Shown here in pieces: positions 36,869-49,664 of a stretch of 64,000 nucleotides of DNA. Made by a program: the position numbers and the translations under genes. The notes below the pieces were generated by a model. The model saw only the letters and a list, made by a program, of their open reading frames with translations. It did not search any database and had not been told where the DNA came from. Position 1 is the first letter of the stretch. Each line of letters opens with the position of its first letter. Source of the stretch: Callorhinchus milii (lineage: Eukaryota); NCBI RefSeq assembly GCF_018977255.1, contig NW_024704743.1, forward strand, positions 37,512,001 through 37,576,000, in the 5' to 3' direction.

Positions 36869-39690
36869 AACCAGAAGATCAACAACAGTAGCAAAGGCCA
36901 GAAAATCACGCTCTTGTGCACATATTTAGCAGTGCTTGTGTGGAGCTTTACCACTCATGTTGCTGTAAATTCCTTTAATCTTACTCAGCCACGCGGAGCA
37001 GTGAACAAGTGAGCTTTAACAGCATAACCCCCACTTGTTCTTCCATGCTTCTCTGCTCCTAATCCTCCCAATCTGTAGGCTGTGTTCCCTAAAGCCACAT
37101 CATTAAAGCATTTATTAGCCTTGTCCTGGAACTAGGATGTCACCATCATTTCTTTCCTCTGACAGAGTAGTAAAACAAAACCATTCACTTTACGCTTGTA
37201 GTATGCACTGTGAAGCTGTACAGAAACATCTTTCGTCACCTCCAAACTCAGTAAATTTCCAAGTTTGTAACCAAATGCGTAGTTTGACCAGCATGTTCAT
37301 TGTGCTTAGAAGTGACCACTGTATAAGTCCAGTCCTCCAGAACGAGTACAGGTCCTTCCTTCTCTTTGCCCACAAAATATACAGTCAATTCACTTTACAG
37401 TATATTCTGTGAAGCGCTTTGAGACATCTCGAAGACGCAATACGTGTTATTAAATGCAAGGATTTTTATTATTATTCTCTTGCTCTTTGGGGGAGTAGCC
37501 TCTGGTAATGACACCTGGTTCTTCACCAGGTGGTTTTGGTACCTGTGTGAGTCACTAGTCACATCAGACTATCATGATCCTGGCACAGGATAGTACCTAC
37601 TCCTCACAATGTAGTTTTGGGTGTCTCAATGACAAATGATGGAGATGCGCTGCCTTGTGTCTTCATGTATCTTTGCTTTAGTCTTTTGTTTCCTGCGTTT
37701 ACAACTGAGGTATGAGTCCTTAATCTAACCCCTTGTTGTTCAGTTCAGGAAGCTCCCTCTCTCCTGTCACAAATTGAAGTCTCCTGCCTGCTATTTCTCC
37801 CATTCTTTCTCCCATTCTGTGAAGCTGGCCAGATCTGTGGACATTCATGGTTGAGGTTAACCGATCACAGGTTTGATATTGTGGTTTCTTGGATGTTCTA
37901 AATATGGATTTTTTTAACTTACTGCGCAGTTTCTTTTTAGCCTCCACTGCTCTCTCTGCCTCTGCCGTTGCTTGTGGATAGCTCCCAGTGGTGCATTACC
38001 TGGTGATTCCTATTCTCGTAACCCATCACATACAAATATCCATTTCCATGTTGTGTAATTTTGTAATATGATGCAAGTCAGTCATGCTATCTGTCATGAA
38101 CTAATGTACAGTGGAAAGACAAATTGTACCTTTCAAGTTAAATAGATCTGCCCCAATCTTCTGTCAGAGTCACTCAGGCAGAGCTGGATTGGATATATCT
38201 TTTCTCACAACAGTTCATACAGTTCTGAACAAAGGCTCTGAATTGTTTATAATCGTATGGTCTGTTGCAACTCTTAGTGCCTTGATGTCCAGTGTGTGTT
38301 CTCTCTACCATTTCGAGTTGCTCTGATATAGGAATCTGAGACGGATACCTGTACTGCTCAGGTCTTGCACTGGCAATTTCCTCTTCATGAGTTAGAAGAG
38401 TTTTGATCTGTCTCTTGCAGGACACATACTTCTGGGATTGGACAGTCCACTTTCACATATATCAAAGGCTCTCAGTTGTTCAGGCGACTTCTCTCTCTAA
38501 TTGTGACTTTTCCTGGGGCCCTTTTATAGGCTGTTGGAGGTTTCCCTGCTCCTCCAAGCTGATCTGACAGATTTATAAGTACGGCCTGTTACTTTTCTTG
38601 CATTTATCTGCAAGATCTTTATCTGATCTTTATTTGTTCGTGCATTGCATGCGCGTATCATCGGCCTATTGTCAGCAGTTATCCAACTAATCTGTAATGT
38701 TTAGAATTAGAAATAACTGGACCATCAATTTTGATTGTGAAATTCTTTGCATAATTTGGAGAACTGCAAATGAAAATTCATCATGTAAAGGCTTATGAGC
38801 AATAAATAACTTGTTTTATAACATAAAATCCACCTCTGCATTTTGTATCACAAAAATCCAATGATCAATTATGGAGTAATGGCTTTAACTTCTCTAAAAT
38901 AGTGAGACATCTGTCGAGTAACCAGTAATGGATTTACAATGAAGATTTTATCACCACCAAAAAGATTATCCAGATAAATAATAAATATTGAATCAATATT
39001 TCAGTTCAACACTTAAATTGCTATTTCCTCTATCATCTTGTATTTCATTTAAATATATGCTCCACATATTAACACTGCTGACTTCTGCATAGTCTGTATG
39101 GCACAATATATTGATTATAACTGTTTCCTTATTCCGCTAAGTTTGTTTTGTGAATTTTGTGCTCAGCATCATGAGGAATGCTGATACTGGGAAATGGAAT
39201 TCTTTCCCATTTTTTGAATCCATTGTTGGCAACAAGGGATCCCAGGTAATGTACAGAACATTTTGATTTACAGTCTAGTCTGTCCCAACGCAAGGTGCAA
39301 CAAACCCAACCTCAGCTTGCTCACAAAAAAGCCCTATTAGGCTGCTTATTACCCAGCAAGGGTTCAAAGCTGCACTTGTTGGATATTTAATGGCTAACTA
39401 ATGACGATCACTCTTGTAAGAAAGGTAAATGCGATCTGTTCAGGACTGAGCTGGCTCCAAGGTGACATGCCTGGCAATGGAATTTTGGAAACTAGTTTAC
39501 CCTCTGTGGTGGTCTCGGTAGACTAGTTCCTGAGCCAGGCTGGACTACAGTATTCCAAGGTACTTTTGGTGACACTCCAGTCAGCCTAGCTCATCAGCAG
39601 GATTTCGAGTTTCAACCAGTCTTCTTCCCATTCGGCTTTGTTAATCCATCAAGCCAAAGTTGGACAAGCAGTGGGAAACTGTGGAGTCCT

Positions 39691-41039
39691 CGACCTATCG
39701 GCAGCATTCGATATGGTCGACCACGCTATCCTACTCCACCGCTTGTCCTCCCACCTCAACCTTCAAGGCACTGTCCTTGAATGGTTTAGGTTGTACCTTT
39801 CTCACCGTCTTCACTTTGTCTCGACGAATGGCTTCTCCTCCACCCCCGCACTGTCTCATGTGGTGTCCCTCAGGGCTCTGTCCTCGGTCCCCTCCTCTTC
39901 ACCCTCTATATGCTCCCCCTTGGTGACATCATCCGCAGACATGGAGTTAACTTCCACATGTATGCGGATGACACCCAACTCTACCTTTCCTCCTCTACTC
40001 TCAACTCCACGACCACCGATGTCCTGACAGCCTGCCTGTCCGACATCGAGTCCTGGACGAGAGACAACTTTCTTCAGCTCAACGTGCGAAAAACCGAGGC
40101 CCTCCTGATTGGCTCACGTCAGCGCCTCCGCACCTCAGGCGCTGACACCATCAGCATCCAAGGCTGCACTCTCCACCTCTCAAAGCCAGTCAGGAACCTC
40201 GGCGTTTTGTTCGACCCTGAGCTGTCCTTTCTCCCTCACATCCGCACCACAACTGGCACCGCCTTCCATCACCTCCGGAACATCGCCAGACTACGGCACT
40301 ACCTCACCCCTCACGCTGCTGAAACCCTGGTTCACGCCTTTGTCACCTCAAGGCTGGACTATGGGAACTCTCTCCTCGCCGGCCTTCCCGCCACCTCCCT
40401 CCACAAGCTGCAGGTCATTCAGAACTCTGCAGCTCGTGTACTGTCCCGCACCAGGCTTCGGGACCACATCACTCCCACCCTCGCTCGCCTCCACTGGCTC
40501 CCCATCCCCCAGAGGATTGATTTCAAGATCCTCATCCTCACCTACAAGGCCATTCACGGCCTTGCTCCCTCCTACCTCTCCAACCTACTATCCCCCTACC
40601 TACCTGCCCGTACCCTCCGTTCCTCTGGCTCCGGTCTGCTCCACGTCCCCGCCCCAACCGCCCTACCATCGGTGGTCGGGCCTTCAGCCTCTCAGCCCCA
40701 GGCTCTGGAACTCCATCCCCAGTGCCTTCGCCTTGCTTCCTCCCTTTCCTCCTTCAAGGCCGGTCTCAAAACCTTTCTCTTTGACCGTGCCTTCAGCTCC
40801 CCTCTCGACTCTCTTCCCCCTCCTCGCTCCCTCCCTTCCCTCCCCTCACCCTGACCATTTCCCCCCTCCTTGCTCCCTCCCTTCCCTCCCCTCACCCTGA
40901 CCATTTCCCCCCTCCCTTCCCTCCCCTCACCCTGACCATTTCCCCCCTGCTCGGGTCATGACCCAACTGTGCAGCGCCTTGGGACGTCCTCCTGACGTGA
41001 AAGGCGCTTTATAAATGGAATCTTGTTGTTGTTGTTGTT
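39691..41039 (+). mobile_element. Young 5'-truncated L2-clade LINE (RT domain, C-terminus, 3' UTR, (TTG)n tail)
   Basis: [60 protein letters not shown] motifs; tail GCGCCTTGGGACGTCCTCCTGACGTGAAAGGCGC...TTGTTGTTG; flanked by GAGTCCT repeats. Confidence 0.95.
40815..40948 (+). repeat. Three tandem copies of CCCTTCCCTCCCCTCACCCTGACCATTTCCCCCC in the L2 3' region
   Basis: Direct inspection. Confidence 0.92.
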
Positions 41040-41356
41040 GAGTCCTGTAGCTCAGTGGTTAGAGCACTCGCTTTGCAAGCGAGAGACCTGAGTTCAATTC
41101 CAGGCAGGTCAGGGCGAAACCTTGGGCAAGTTTCCTTACTCCACACGCTTAATAATAATCCCTCCAAAAAAAACAATAATAAATTGGTCATTTTCAATCT
41201 ACGACTGTTTGTGGGACATTGCTGTGCTCAATTGGCTGCTGCGTTCGCCCACAAATATACAGTCTATTCACTTTACAGCGTGTTCTGTGAAGCGCTTTGG
41301 GATGTCCTCCCGACGTGAAAAGCGCTATATCAAATGCAAGGATTATTATTATTATT
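41040..41356 (+). mobile_element. tRNA(Ala)-headed SINE, youngest short subfamily; its first bases lie at 39682-39690, split off by the L2
   Basis: Same consensus; AAACTG flanks at 39676-39681 and 41357-41362. Confidence 0.95.
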
Positions 41357-42204
41357 AAACTGACCAGACAGCAATGACAAGCTATGCGTTTTTACTTGGT
41401 TAAATTAAATCAGTACCACAATGCACGCTCTGGAGTCCCCTTGGCTCTTGTCAATTTGCATCAAATACTTAAGTACCAGGGTGCATTCTACCAGACACTC
41501 CATTTCCGGGCACAGGGAAATGTCCATGTGTGGATGGCATGAATATGTGGAGTTCTCAGTCAGATTTGGACCCTTTTAAGCACGTTTGTCATATGCAAGC
41601 CACCCTACTGGCCCCCCAAAAATGCTAAATTAACTGCATTTGTGTATTGTGTATTGTGACTGCCACAACTGGGACAACTCTAACTGGATTGAGACTCTTC
41701 AAACAAATCTTTTATTCCACTCCTATGGCGGATGGATGGGAACGACTTTCTCTCCATCAGTCTGAAATGTAATTAACTCTGCTAGCAGAGGTGAAATGTC
41801 AATGAAATAACCCCCTGCAGCATTAGGCTGCTAGGGATTGGATGCTTTTGTTTGTCCATAGCTTGTCACATTCTTAGATATATCTAGACCAATAGTGGTC
41901 AATGAATCCACAATTAATTTCATTGCTGATGAGTTGGTGTGTTTTCCCTGTTGGTTTTGGGTGAGTTCAGGGTGGGATCACAGATCGTAGGGGGTTTGGG
42001 GGCTGAGGTCAAAATTTGGCAGTTTGAAGGTTGACATATACTGTATTCTCTATTTGTATAGTCTGTGTGTATACTCATTAACTGGTATTGGTTAGGACAT
42101 GGCTTAGGTATCCAGGAAGATTTCATTTTTTAGTTTCATTTTTCAGAGATTGAAATTTAACCAAGATAATTACAACCTGGAAAATTGAACTCTATCACTG
42201 ATTC

Positions 42205-42537
42205 ATATTCTCGCAAGCGAGAGAACTGGGTTTGTTTCCCGGCACGGTGAAACATTGGGCAAGTTTCCTTATTCCAGACGCCTCTATTTCCTAGCAGTAA
42301 GTAGGAACCTGGTTGTTAGTTGATTAGTGGATCGCTTTTCTGAGGGTAATAATTCCTTCCAAAAAAAATAATAAATTGGTCACTTCAATCCACGACTGTT
42401 TCTGGGATCCTGCTGTGCGCAATTGGCTGCCGAGTTTTGCCCACAAACAATACACTTTACAGTATATTCTGTGAAGGGCTTTGAGACGTCTCGAAGATTT
42501 GATAAGGTGCTATATCAAATGGAAGGATTATTATTAT
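42205..42537 (+). mobile_element. tRNA-headed SINE, long subfamily
   Basis: Same consensus as 2597-2968. Confidence 0.9.
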
Positions 42538-43573
42538 ATTTCGCCATTTCTTGCTCACTAGTTGTACCCAGGTGACAATTCCAAGTGACCTGGCATCTGT
42601 AAAATAAAGAGGAACAAGAATGTAAACAATTCTGATTGCATTTTACAGTAGTTGATGCTAATAGATTAAAATCTGACAGCCATGCTTCTGATCATCCAAA
42701 CTCCAGTTAGACTGTTGGGAGCTAATAGGAGAATCCAATTATTAGGTGACAAAATTCCTCATTGTTGTCTTAAAATACAGTAAACCTTGCCTAAATCTTA
42801 TCTTTATAAATCATTTAATTACCTAAATCGTACATTCACCCAAGTCCCATTCAAATGAAATATAAACATATATGTTAGGGGACAGCTGGCATTAGCTTTA
42901 GCTGCAAGCAGTGCAGTTCCATCAGTGATCACCATCAAGGATCTTTCAAGCATTTCTGAGCACTTCAGAAATGTAAGATGTTATTGTCTGCATAAAAGAA
43001 TATCTCAAACATTTCACAAAATGAGAATAATTCAAAGTGCAATGAATAATAATAATCCTTGGATTTGTTAAAGCACCTTATCACGTCTTTGAGACGTCTC
43101 AAAGTGTTTCAAGAATATACTTTACATTGAATTGACTATTTTTTTGTGGGCGAAAGGCAGCAGCCAATTGTGCACAGAAGCATTTTTTTATGTGAGATAA
43201 ATGGTGCCGTTACTTTATGTCAGTTATGTTCCCCAAACATCAATGAGATAAGTGAGCTGAATATTTGGGGCTGAATTGGGAATGTGGCATTCATGTAAGA
43301 TAGGAAAAGCAGCAGCAACTCTCCACTTTTCTTTGAAATAGCAAGGTGGGAGGTGGGACGGGTGGATGGTAAGGGATTCCTATCTAAGTCACAAGGCAGA
43401 CAAAACTTGAACTACATTTTTTTACATGCAGACCTCCTAGCTGGATATAGAAATGGCCACAGACAACAGTGCCTTTCACGTCAGGAGGATGTCCTGGGTC
43501 GTCAGGAAACAGCAATGATGGGAATTGTTATGGCTAATTAAAATATTTATTTGAAACATATGCACACTTATCC

Positions 43574-43928
43574 TGGAGTCCTGTAGCTTAGTGATTAGAG
43601 CACCTCCTTCGCAAGTGAGAGACCTGGGTGCGATTCCCAGCAGCGCAAAACGTTGGGCAAGTTTCCTTACTCCAAACGCCCCTGTTTTGCTAGCAGTAAA
43701 TAGAAACCCAGTTGTTAGTCGATTGACTGATCACTTTTCTGGGAGTAATAATTCCTTCAAAAAAATAATAATTTGGTCACGTAATCCACGACTGTTTGTG
43801 GGACATTGCTGTGCCGTGTTTCGCCCATTAAACACAGTCAATTCACTTTACAGTATATTCTGTGAAGTGCTTTAATATGTCTACAGGATGTGATACACAC
43901 AATATCAAATGCAAGTTTTATTATTATT
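43574..43928 (+). mobile_element. tRNA-headed SINE, long subfamily
   Basis: Same consensus as 2597-2968. Confidence 0.9.
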
Positions 43929-44249
43929 GCTTGGACAAAATTGCTTTCTCCAATCTGTTGACTATGTTTCTTATCTGCAGAGCTGATTTGTGAATATTTG
44001 TCACTAACAAGGAACAATTCCTGAAGGGTGCAGAGAGCATTCTTGGGTTTGAAACAGCACTCACAATACACAAACTGGAATTGCATTTTTCAGATTGATG
44101 CTATACATGGTGTTCAAGCAGCTCAAAGCAAACAAATTCTGGCACATTTTCCATTAAAAATATATGTATTTTAAATAGTTATTTTGTAAACCAGAAGCGG
44201 CAACTGATTTTACTAATAATTGCATGGATTTACCACATATACTTTGAAA

Positions 44250-44636
44250 CATAATAATAATCCTTGCGTTTGATAAAATGCCTTTCACATTGGGACGATG
44301 TCCAAAAGTCCGCCACAGGATATACTGTAAAGTTCAGTGGACGAACGCAGTAAATAATTTGCACACAGTTATGCTATACAAACAGCCATGGAATGAATGA
44401 CAAATCATATTTGTGGAATTGTTGGCCAGGACACTGGGAGAAACTACTTTCTATTTTTGAATAGTGCCATGGGATTTTTAACATCTACCTTGTCTTCCAA
44501 AAGATGGCACGTGCAATATTGCCCTGCACTGGAATGGCAACTTAAACTATATGAGTTCCAAATCCCATCATGGGGATTGAACACACAACCTTCTGACTCA
44601 GAGGCGAAAATGCTACCAACTGAGCCAGGCTGACAT
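44250..44636 (-). mobile_element. Deu-type SINE
   Basis: gaatagtgccatgggat..accttctgactcagaggcg..ctaccaactgagccaggctgac. Confidence 0.82.
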
Positions 44637-45032
44637 ACAAACTCACAAACACACAAAAATTCTGCTCAATGAGCAGAGTGGAAGTACTTATTTTTGTGAT
44701 GCAGTGTATCCTGTTTCATTGTATTTCACACTAGAAGTTAAAGCTGGCTCTATTCATTGCAGTGAGTGTGCAATCTGTCTCACTGGCTTTCTGCACTATA
44801 AGGATTTAGTTCTTGGCAAGAGTTTGCCCTTGGCAAGGGTAGACTGTATTTATAGGCTTTGTTTATGTCTTGAAAAAATAGGAATTCTGGAGGTCTGATC
44901 AAAAAAAGCTCACAAAAACATCAGCTAGCGGAGTGAACTATAAAAACATTGGGATGTAATGGACACTGCACCTTCTGAAAGTGACAGTCTCTTGGTCCAG
45001 GCCATTGTTGGAGTCATTCCTGCTGCAACTAT

Positions 45033-45790
45033 TAGAACATAAGAATTTGCTGGGCGAAAGAAGAACAAAGTTCGTTCAGTTCGCCTTCCACCATCCTAGC
45101 AGTCACTTGACAGGTCGGGTCACAAACTATTTACTGTATCCCAAGATATTATTTTCTAACCGAAAGCTATCTAATTTGTTCTTTAAAGAGTCTACACTTT
45201 CTACTTCCACTATCTCCCTTGGGTGGCTGTTTCATAAGTTTACTACTCGCTCACTGAAGTAGTGCTTCCGCAAATTTGTTCTGAATTTACCACCGTTCAA
45301 TTGCAATCCGTGCCCTCTTGTTACACTGTTCAGTACAAGATAAACCAGTTGGTCATGGTCTACATTATCTATTCCCTTCAGAATCTTAAAGGCCGTAATC
45401 ATATGCCCCTCAACCTTCTCGTCTCCAGTGTGAACATGCCCAGTTTATCTAATCGTTCCTTGTATTCCAGTCCCTCCATCTCCTCAATCATTTTGCTTGC
45501 CCTCCTCTGTATCCTCTCAATTGCTGCAATATCCTTTTTACATTACAGTGACCAGAACTGCAAACAGTATTCCAAGTGCAGTCTCACCAGTGATTTATAA
45601 ATTGGCAGAATTACCCTACTATATTGGCTCAATATTGCCCTTTTAATACAACCCAGCATCTGGTTTGCCTTCCTCACTGCTACCGAATACTGTTGTGATA
45701 GATTCAATTCATTGTCGATCAGGACCCCAAGGTCCTTTTTTTTTTCCATACTGATATTGGCATTTGAGTAATCTATTACACGAAGCATTC
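45033..45790 (-). mobile_element. CR1 LINE 3' fragment (second CR1 family)
   Basis: KDLGVLID, YKSLVRLHLEYCLQFWS on the minus strand; 3' UTR matches 23540-23690. Confidence 0.9.
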
Positions 45791-46513
45791 AGAAAATGGC
45801 AGTGTATAAGTTCAGTGAGTGTTCTAAATTATAAATAAGATGCTCTAAAAGTAATCAGAGATTCAAAACAACTTCCTTACGTTTATACTGTATTATACTT
45901 CATGCACAATCTGATGAGTGGAGTCAAAAATCAGTGATTTGCTTATATATGCTAAATGACTCGCCCTGGATCAAACTTGAAGCCTTTTTTTGTATCACAA
46001 TATTCAACACTGTATGATGAGCCCTACACTTGTTATCCAGCTAAAACCCTGCCTTTTCCTCTCTGCTAGATGTGCAGTGTAATCCTCTTCTCCCTTACGT
46101 TGGAAATCTTTCCCTTTTGCCCTTGTGATTTCCCGATATTAGGATTGAAATAGCACTTGAACAGGGATAAAAGCAATGTAAATGGTGTGACTACTAGAAA
46201 ACAGTATCTCAGGTTATAAGTTTTATTTGTGCAGGGACACCTCATGTATATCATGAGACTTTTTGAGACCTTATCTCTGACCCAGGATTGCCTTGGAGCA
46301 GGTCGTTGTGATGTTCACACTTTTGCCTACATAAAACACACTTTACATTGCAAGATTCTTTTTCATTCTGTGTCATTCATGCTGTTGCATTCTCAATACT
46401 TTATGAGATTTCTAGCCAATGAACCTATTCTGAAACAGTAGACAGTGATGCCATAATGCTCAGAGCCTGGAGGAATTCCTTGTGAAGAACCAGCAAAAAT
46501 GTGTGTTTTGTTC

Positions 46514-46830
46514 TGGAGCCTTATAGAGTATTGGTTAGAGCACTCACCTCCACAAGCAAAAAGACCTACGTTTGATTCCCAGGCAGGGTGATTCCTTAGG
46601 CAAGTTTCCTTTCTCCACACACCTCAGTTTACCTGGCAATTAGTAGGATCCCGGTTGTTATTTGATTGGTGGATTGCTTTCTGGGAGTAATAATCCTGTC
46701 AAAAAAATAATAATTTGGTCACTCAATATAATGTTTGTGGGACACTAATGTGCGCAATGGCTGCTGTGTTTCACCCACAGAGTATACAGACAATTCACTT
46801 CACAGTGTACTCTATTGAAGCACTTTGAGA
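46514..46830 (+). mobile_element. tRNA-headed SINE, long subfamily, 3' end lost
   Basis: Same consensus as 2597-2968. Confidence 0.88.
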
Positions 46831-48107
46831 CAGGCAAAGCCATTTCGATGAAGAAACTATTGAAACATCAGAAGAGATAAAGAAGATGAAATTGGCTGGA
46901 TAGCGACGACCTGCGCAGACATTTAAAATGTTTGCGAATTAACCATAGCTCAAAATTAATGATTTGTAAATAGTTTCTTTAGCTAGATTCATTTGTTTTC
47001 TATTAATTTCCTCGCATACCATTTTCCTCTTATTCACTTCTCCATTTCTCTATTACTTTTCCTTCCTGTTCCACTCTGCCCATGAACCTAGGCAATGCTT
47101 GGGAGTTATAGTGGGGAACAGGGAGAGGGGTCAGAATATGACCCTAAAGATTGCTCACCAACAACAACAACAAGATTCCATTTATAAAGCGCCTTTCACG
47201 TCAGGAGGACGTCCCAAGGCGCTGAATACTGATCTGCTATTTTGTGAAGCGTTTATTCTTGAAGCTATAACAAAATCAAAACTAAACCCTTGCTGAGTGT
47301 GGAGATATCCATTCTTAAAATAATTGCCTTGTGTTTGTTTACATACAAGTCCCTGACATCTTGAAGGTTTCTGTGTACCACTTGATCTTACAGGGTTGAG
47401 ATGAGAACATATGGATTCATTATGCTTAGACTTTCTAGAGTCAGTGTTGAGATCATAATTGACCTCAGCAAACTGAGCTGCTAGCTACTATCCAGTTGGT
47501 TTCATCTCCCTTGCCTCTTTAGATTTCTTCCAGTAACACTAATGCAAGCTCTTGTTTGTTGCAAACATCTTTCTGACTCTAACTAGGGGAGGGGGCAGGA
47601 ATATCACTGTAGACACAGTATTGGTGGTGTTCAGTGTAACAATAACACTTAAGCACCAGCTGTAAATCTTCTCACGTAGATTTTTTTTAGCACTTGCTGC
47701 TCTGTGCATCAAGTAGCAAACTAGCAAATCACAGCTCAGCGGCTCTCAGGAATAAGGAACAGGAGCTCAGCAGCTCCATAATGCTGCTAAACCCTGCACG
47801 CAGACACCTGTAATTCCAACCAAATGTTGGACAGTGGGGATTTTACAATACTTAGCAGGAGCTACTTTGCTGCTTTCTTTTTATAATTATTTGTTCCGTT
47901 TGTACTTCTCGATCGGTGTTGGGACATTCCAGCTGCGACTGTAGAAAATAGAGTGGACAAGCCTATTCAATCACAGGTCAGTCTGTACCAGAACCACACT
48001 CCTCGAATTTGACCCTTCGCTCCCACAGTGGTACAGGGTAAAGAGCCAGTAGGCCAAAGCTGAGGGTAGGCTATCCTGTTGAGATTCTGTCCAGCCACAT
48101 AATAAAA

Positions 48108-48253
48108 ATAATAAACAATTAATAATAATTAACAATTAATAATAATAATTAACAATCGATGATAATAATTAACAATTAACGACAATAATTAACAACTAAT
48201 GACAATAATTAACAATTCATGACAATAATTAACAATTAATGACAATAATTAAT
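48108..48253. repeat. About 20-bp AT-rich minisatellite (GACAATAATTAACAATTAAT), about 7 units
   Basis: Direct inspection; continuous with the tail of the SINE at 48250. Confidence 0.95.
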
Positions 48254-48680
48254 AATGATCCTTGCATTTGATATCATGCCTTTCACATCAGGAGGATATC
48301 TTAAAGTGTTACACCGATTTATTGTGAAATTTAATGATTTCAGTTTATTTTGTGGACAAATGCAGCAACCACTTTGCACACAACAATGTCCCAGACACAG
48401 CCATGATCAATGTTACCAGGGAGGGGTCTATTGGCCAGGGCACCAGGGGAAACTCCTTTCAATTTTCGAATTGTGCCATGGGATCTTTAACATTCATGTA
48501 ACCAGGCAGACGGGACCTCCTTAGACAATTCACCTGAAGGACAGCGCCTCTGACAATGCAGCACTCAAAGCACTGCATCGGAACATCAGCCTAGAGTGAG
48601 TTCAGTGTCCCACATGGGGCTTGAACCCAGAACCTTCTGACTTAGAGGTGAGAGTGCTCCCGACTGAGCCAGGCTGACAC
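48250..48680 (-). mobile_element. Deu-type SINE, full length
   Basis: gtgccatgggatcttt..ctctgacaatgcagcac..accttctgacttagagg..ctgagccaggctgacac. Confidence 0.85.
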
Positions 48681-49194
48681 AATTGACCATGTTGTTGAGA
48701 CTGGGGGATTGCCCGATCTATGATCAAATTCGCTACATAGAGTGCCAACTGGAATTTCAGCCCTCAGTTGTCTGCTACCAACAATTGCAAGAGCTTTAAG
48801 AAAATAGACTGGAACAGCAAGGCTTTATACTCAGCTCCCATCTGGTTGATGAGGGCGTTGATCTTGTCTTCATTGATTCTTGTCATGGAGGACAGGAGCA
48901 CTGTAAAGGCAGGACAGCTGCCACTGCAGATTATTAGAAGAAAGAAGAAATTTGTGCTTTTATAAAGTCTTATCATGTCAAAGCAGTTCACAGTAAATAC
49001 TGTCAAGCTGTAGTGACTGTATATTGTAGTCCAATACCATAGCTGTTTTGCGCAAGGCGAGGCCCCACAATGGTAAACAACCAATTTTATCAGGACACCG
49101 GGAGAAACTCCCTTCTCTTTTCAGGTTCTTTAATGGGATCTCTACAGTGTACCTGAAGAATAGGGAGATCAGGACCTCTTATTTTTCTTTCTTG

Positions 49195-49545
49195 TTAGGG
49201 GACATGGTTTAAAGCTGCAGAGCCCAGTGTCCGTTGTTAAAGTATACAAGTAAAAAGGAAAAAAATATTTGCGTTGGATTTTGAATCCCACATTTATAAA
49301 AGGATTTGCAAGTATGAAAGTTTGTATTTGTGGTTTTTCATACAGAGGATTGTTGGCATGTTGGCATGGAATACCCTGCCAAGTGAGGTGGTAGAGGCAG
49401 AGTCCATTATGGGTTTCAAGAGGGAAGTAGACCAGTATATGAAAGTTAGAGGGTTGAACAAGTAAAGGGATAGGGCAGGACAGTGGGATTGAATAAATAG
49501 CTTTCTCTGAGAGCCGATGTAGACTTGATGGGCTGAATGGCCCCC
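49195..49545 (+). mobile_element. CR1 3' fragment
   Basis: FFIQRIVG..AWNTLPSEVVEAESIMGFKREVD; gggctgaatggcc. Confidence 0.8.
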
Positions 49546-49664
49546 AAAAAATACTGTTGAGCATGAATACTAAATGCGTAAGATAACAAGTGGAAGCTGA
49601 TATTGGTCCCAAATATTGGACCTGCAGTGACTTTCTGAAAGTCAAGAATGGTAAAATGCGATAT

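Noticed and set aside
39910..40854. 314-aa ORF as a host gene or domesticated reverse transcriptase
   Set aside because: It is the 3' part of L2 ORF2 in a 5'-truncated copy with tail and TSD; no promoter or splice context is evident.
40109..40900. 263-aa Ser/Pro/Thr-rich overlapping ORF
   Set aside because: Alternate frame of C-rich L2 sequence.
41040..41110. tRNA-Ala(TGC) genes at SINE heads (also 3338, 6872, 10378, 22591, 49678)
   Set aside because: A/B boxes and the anticodon arm are present, but there is no proper acceptor stem and each continues into SINE body and tail.
42951..42973. 9-bp inverted repeat CATTTCTGA/TCAGAAATG
   Set aside because: Short enough to arise by chance in 64 kb.
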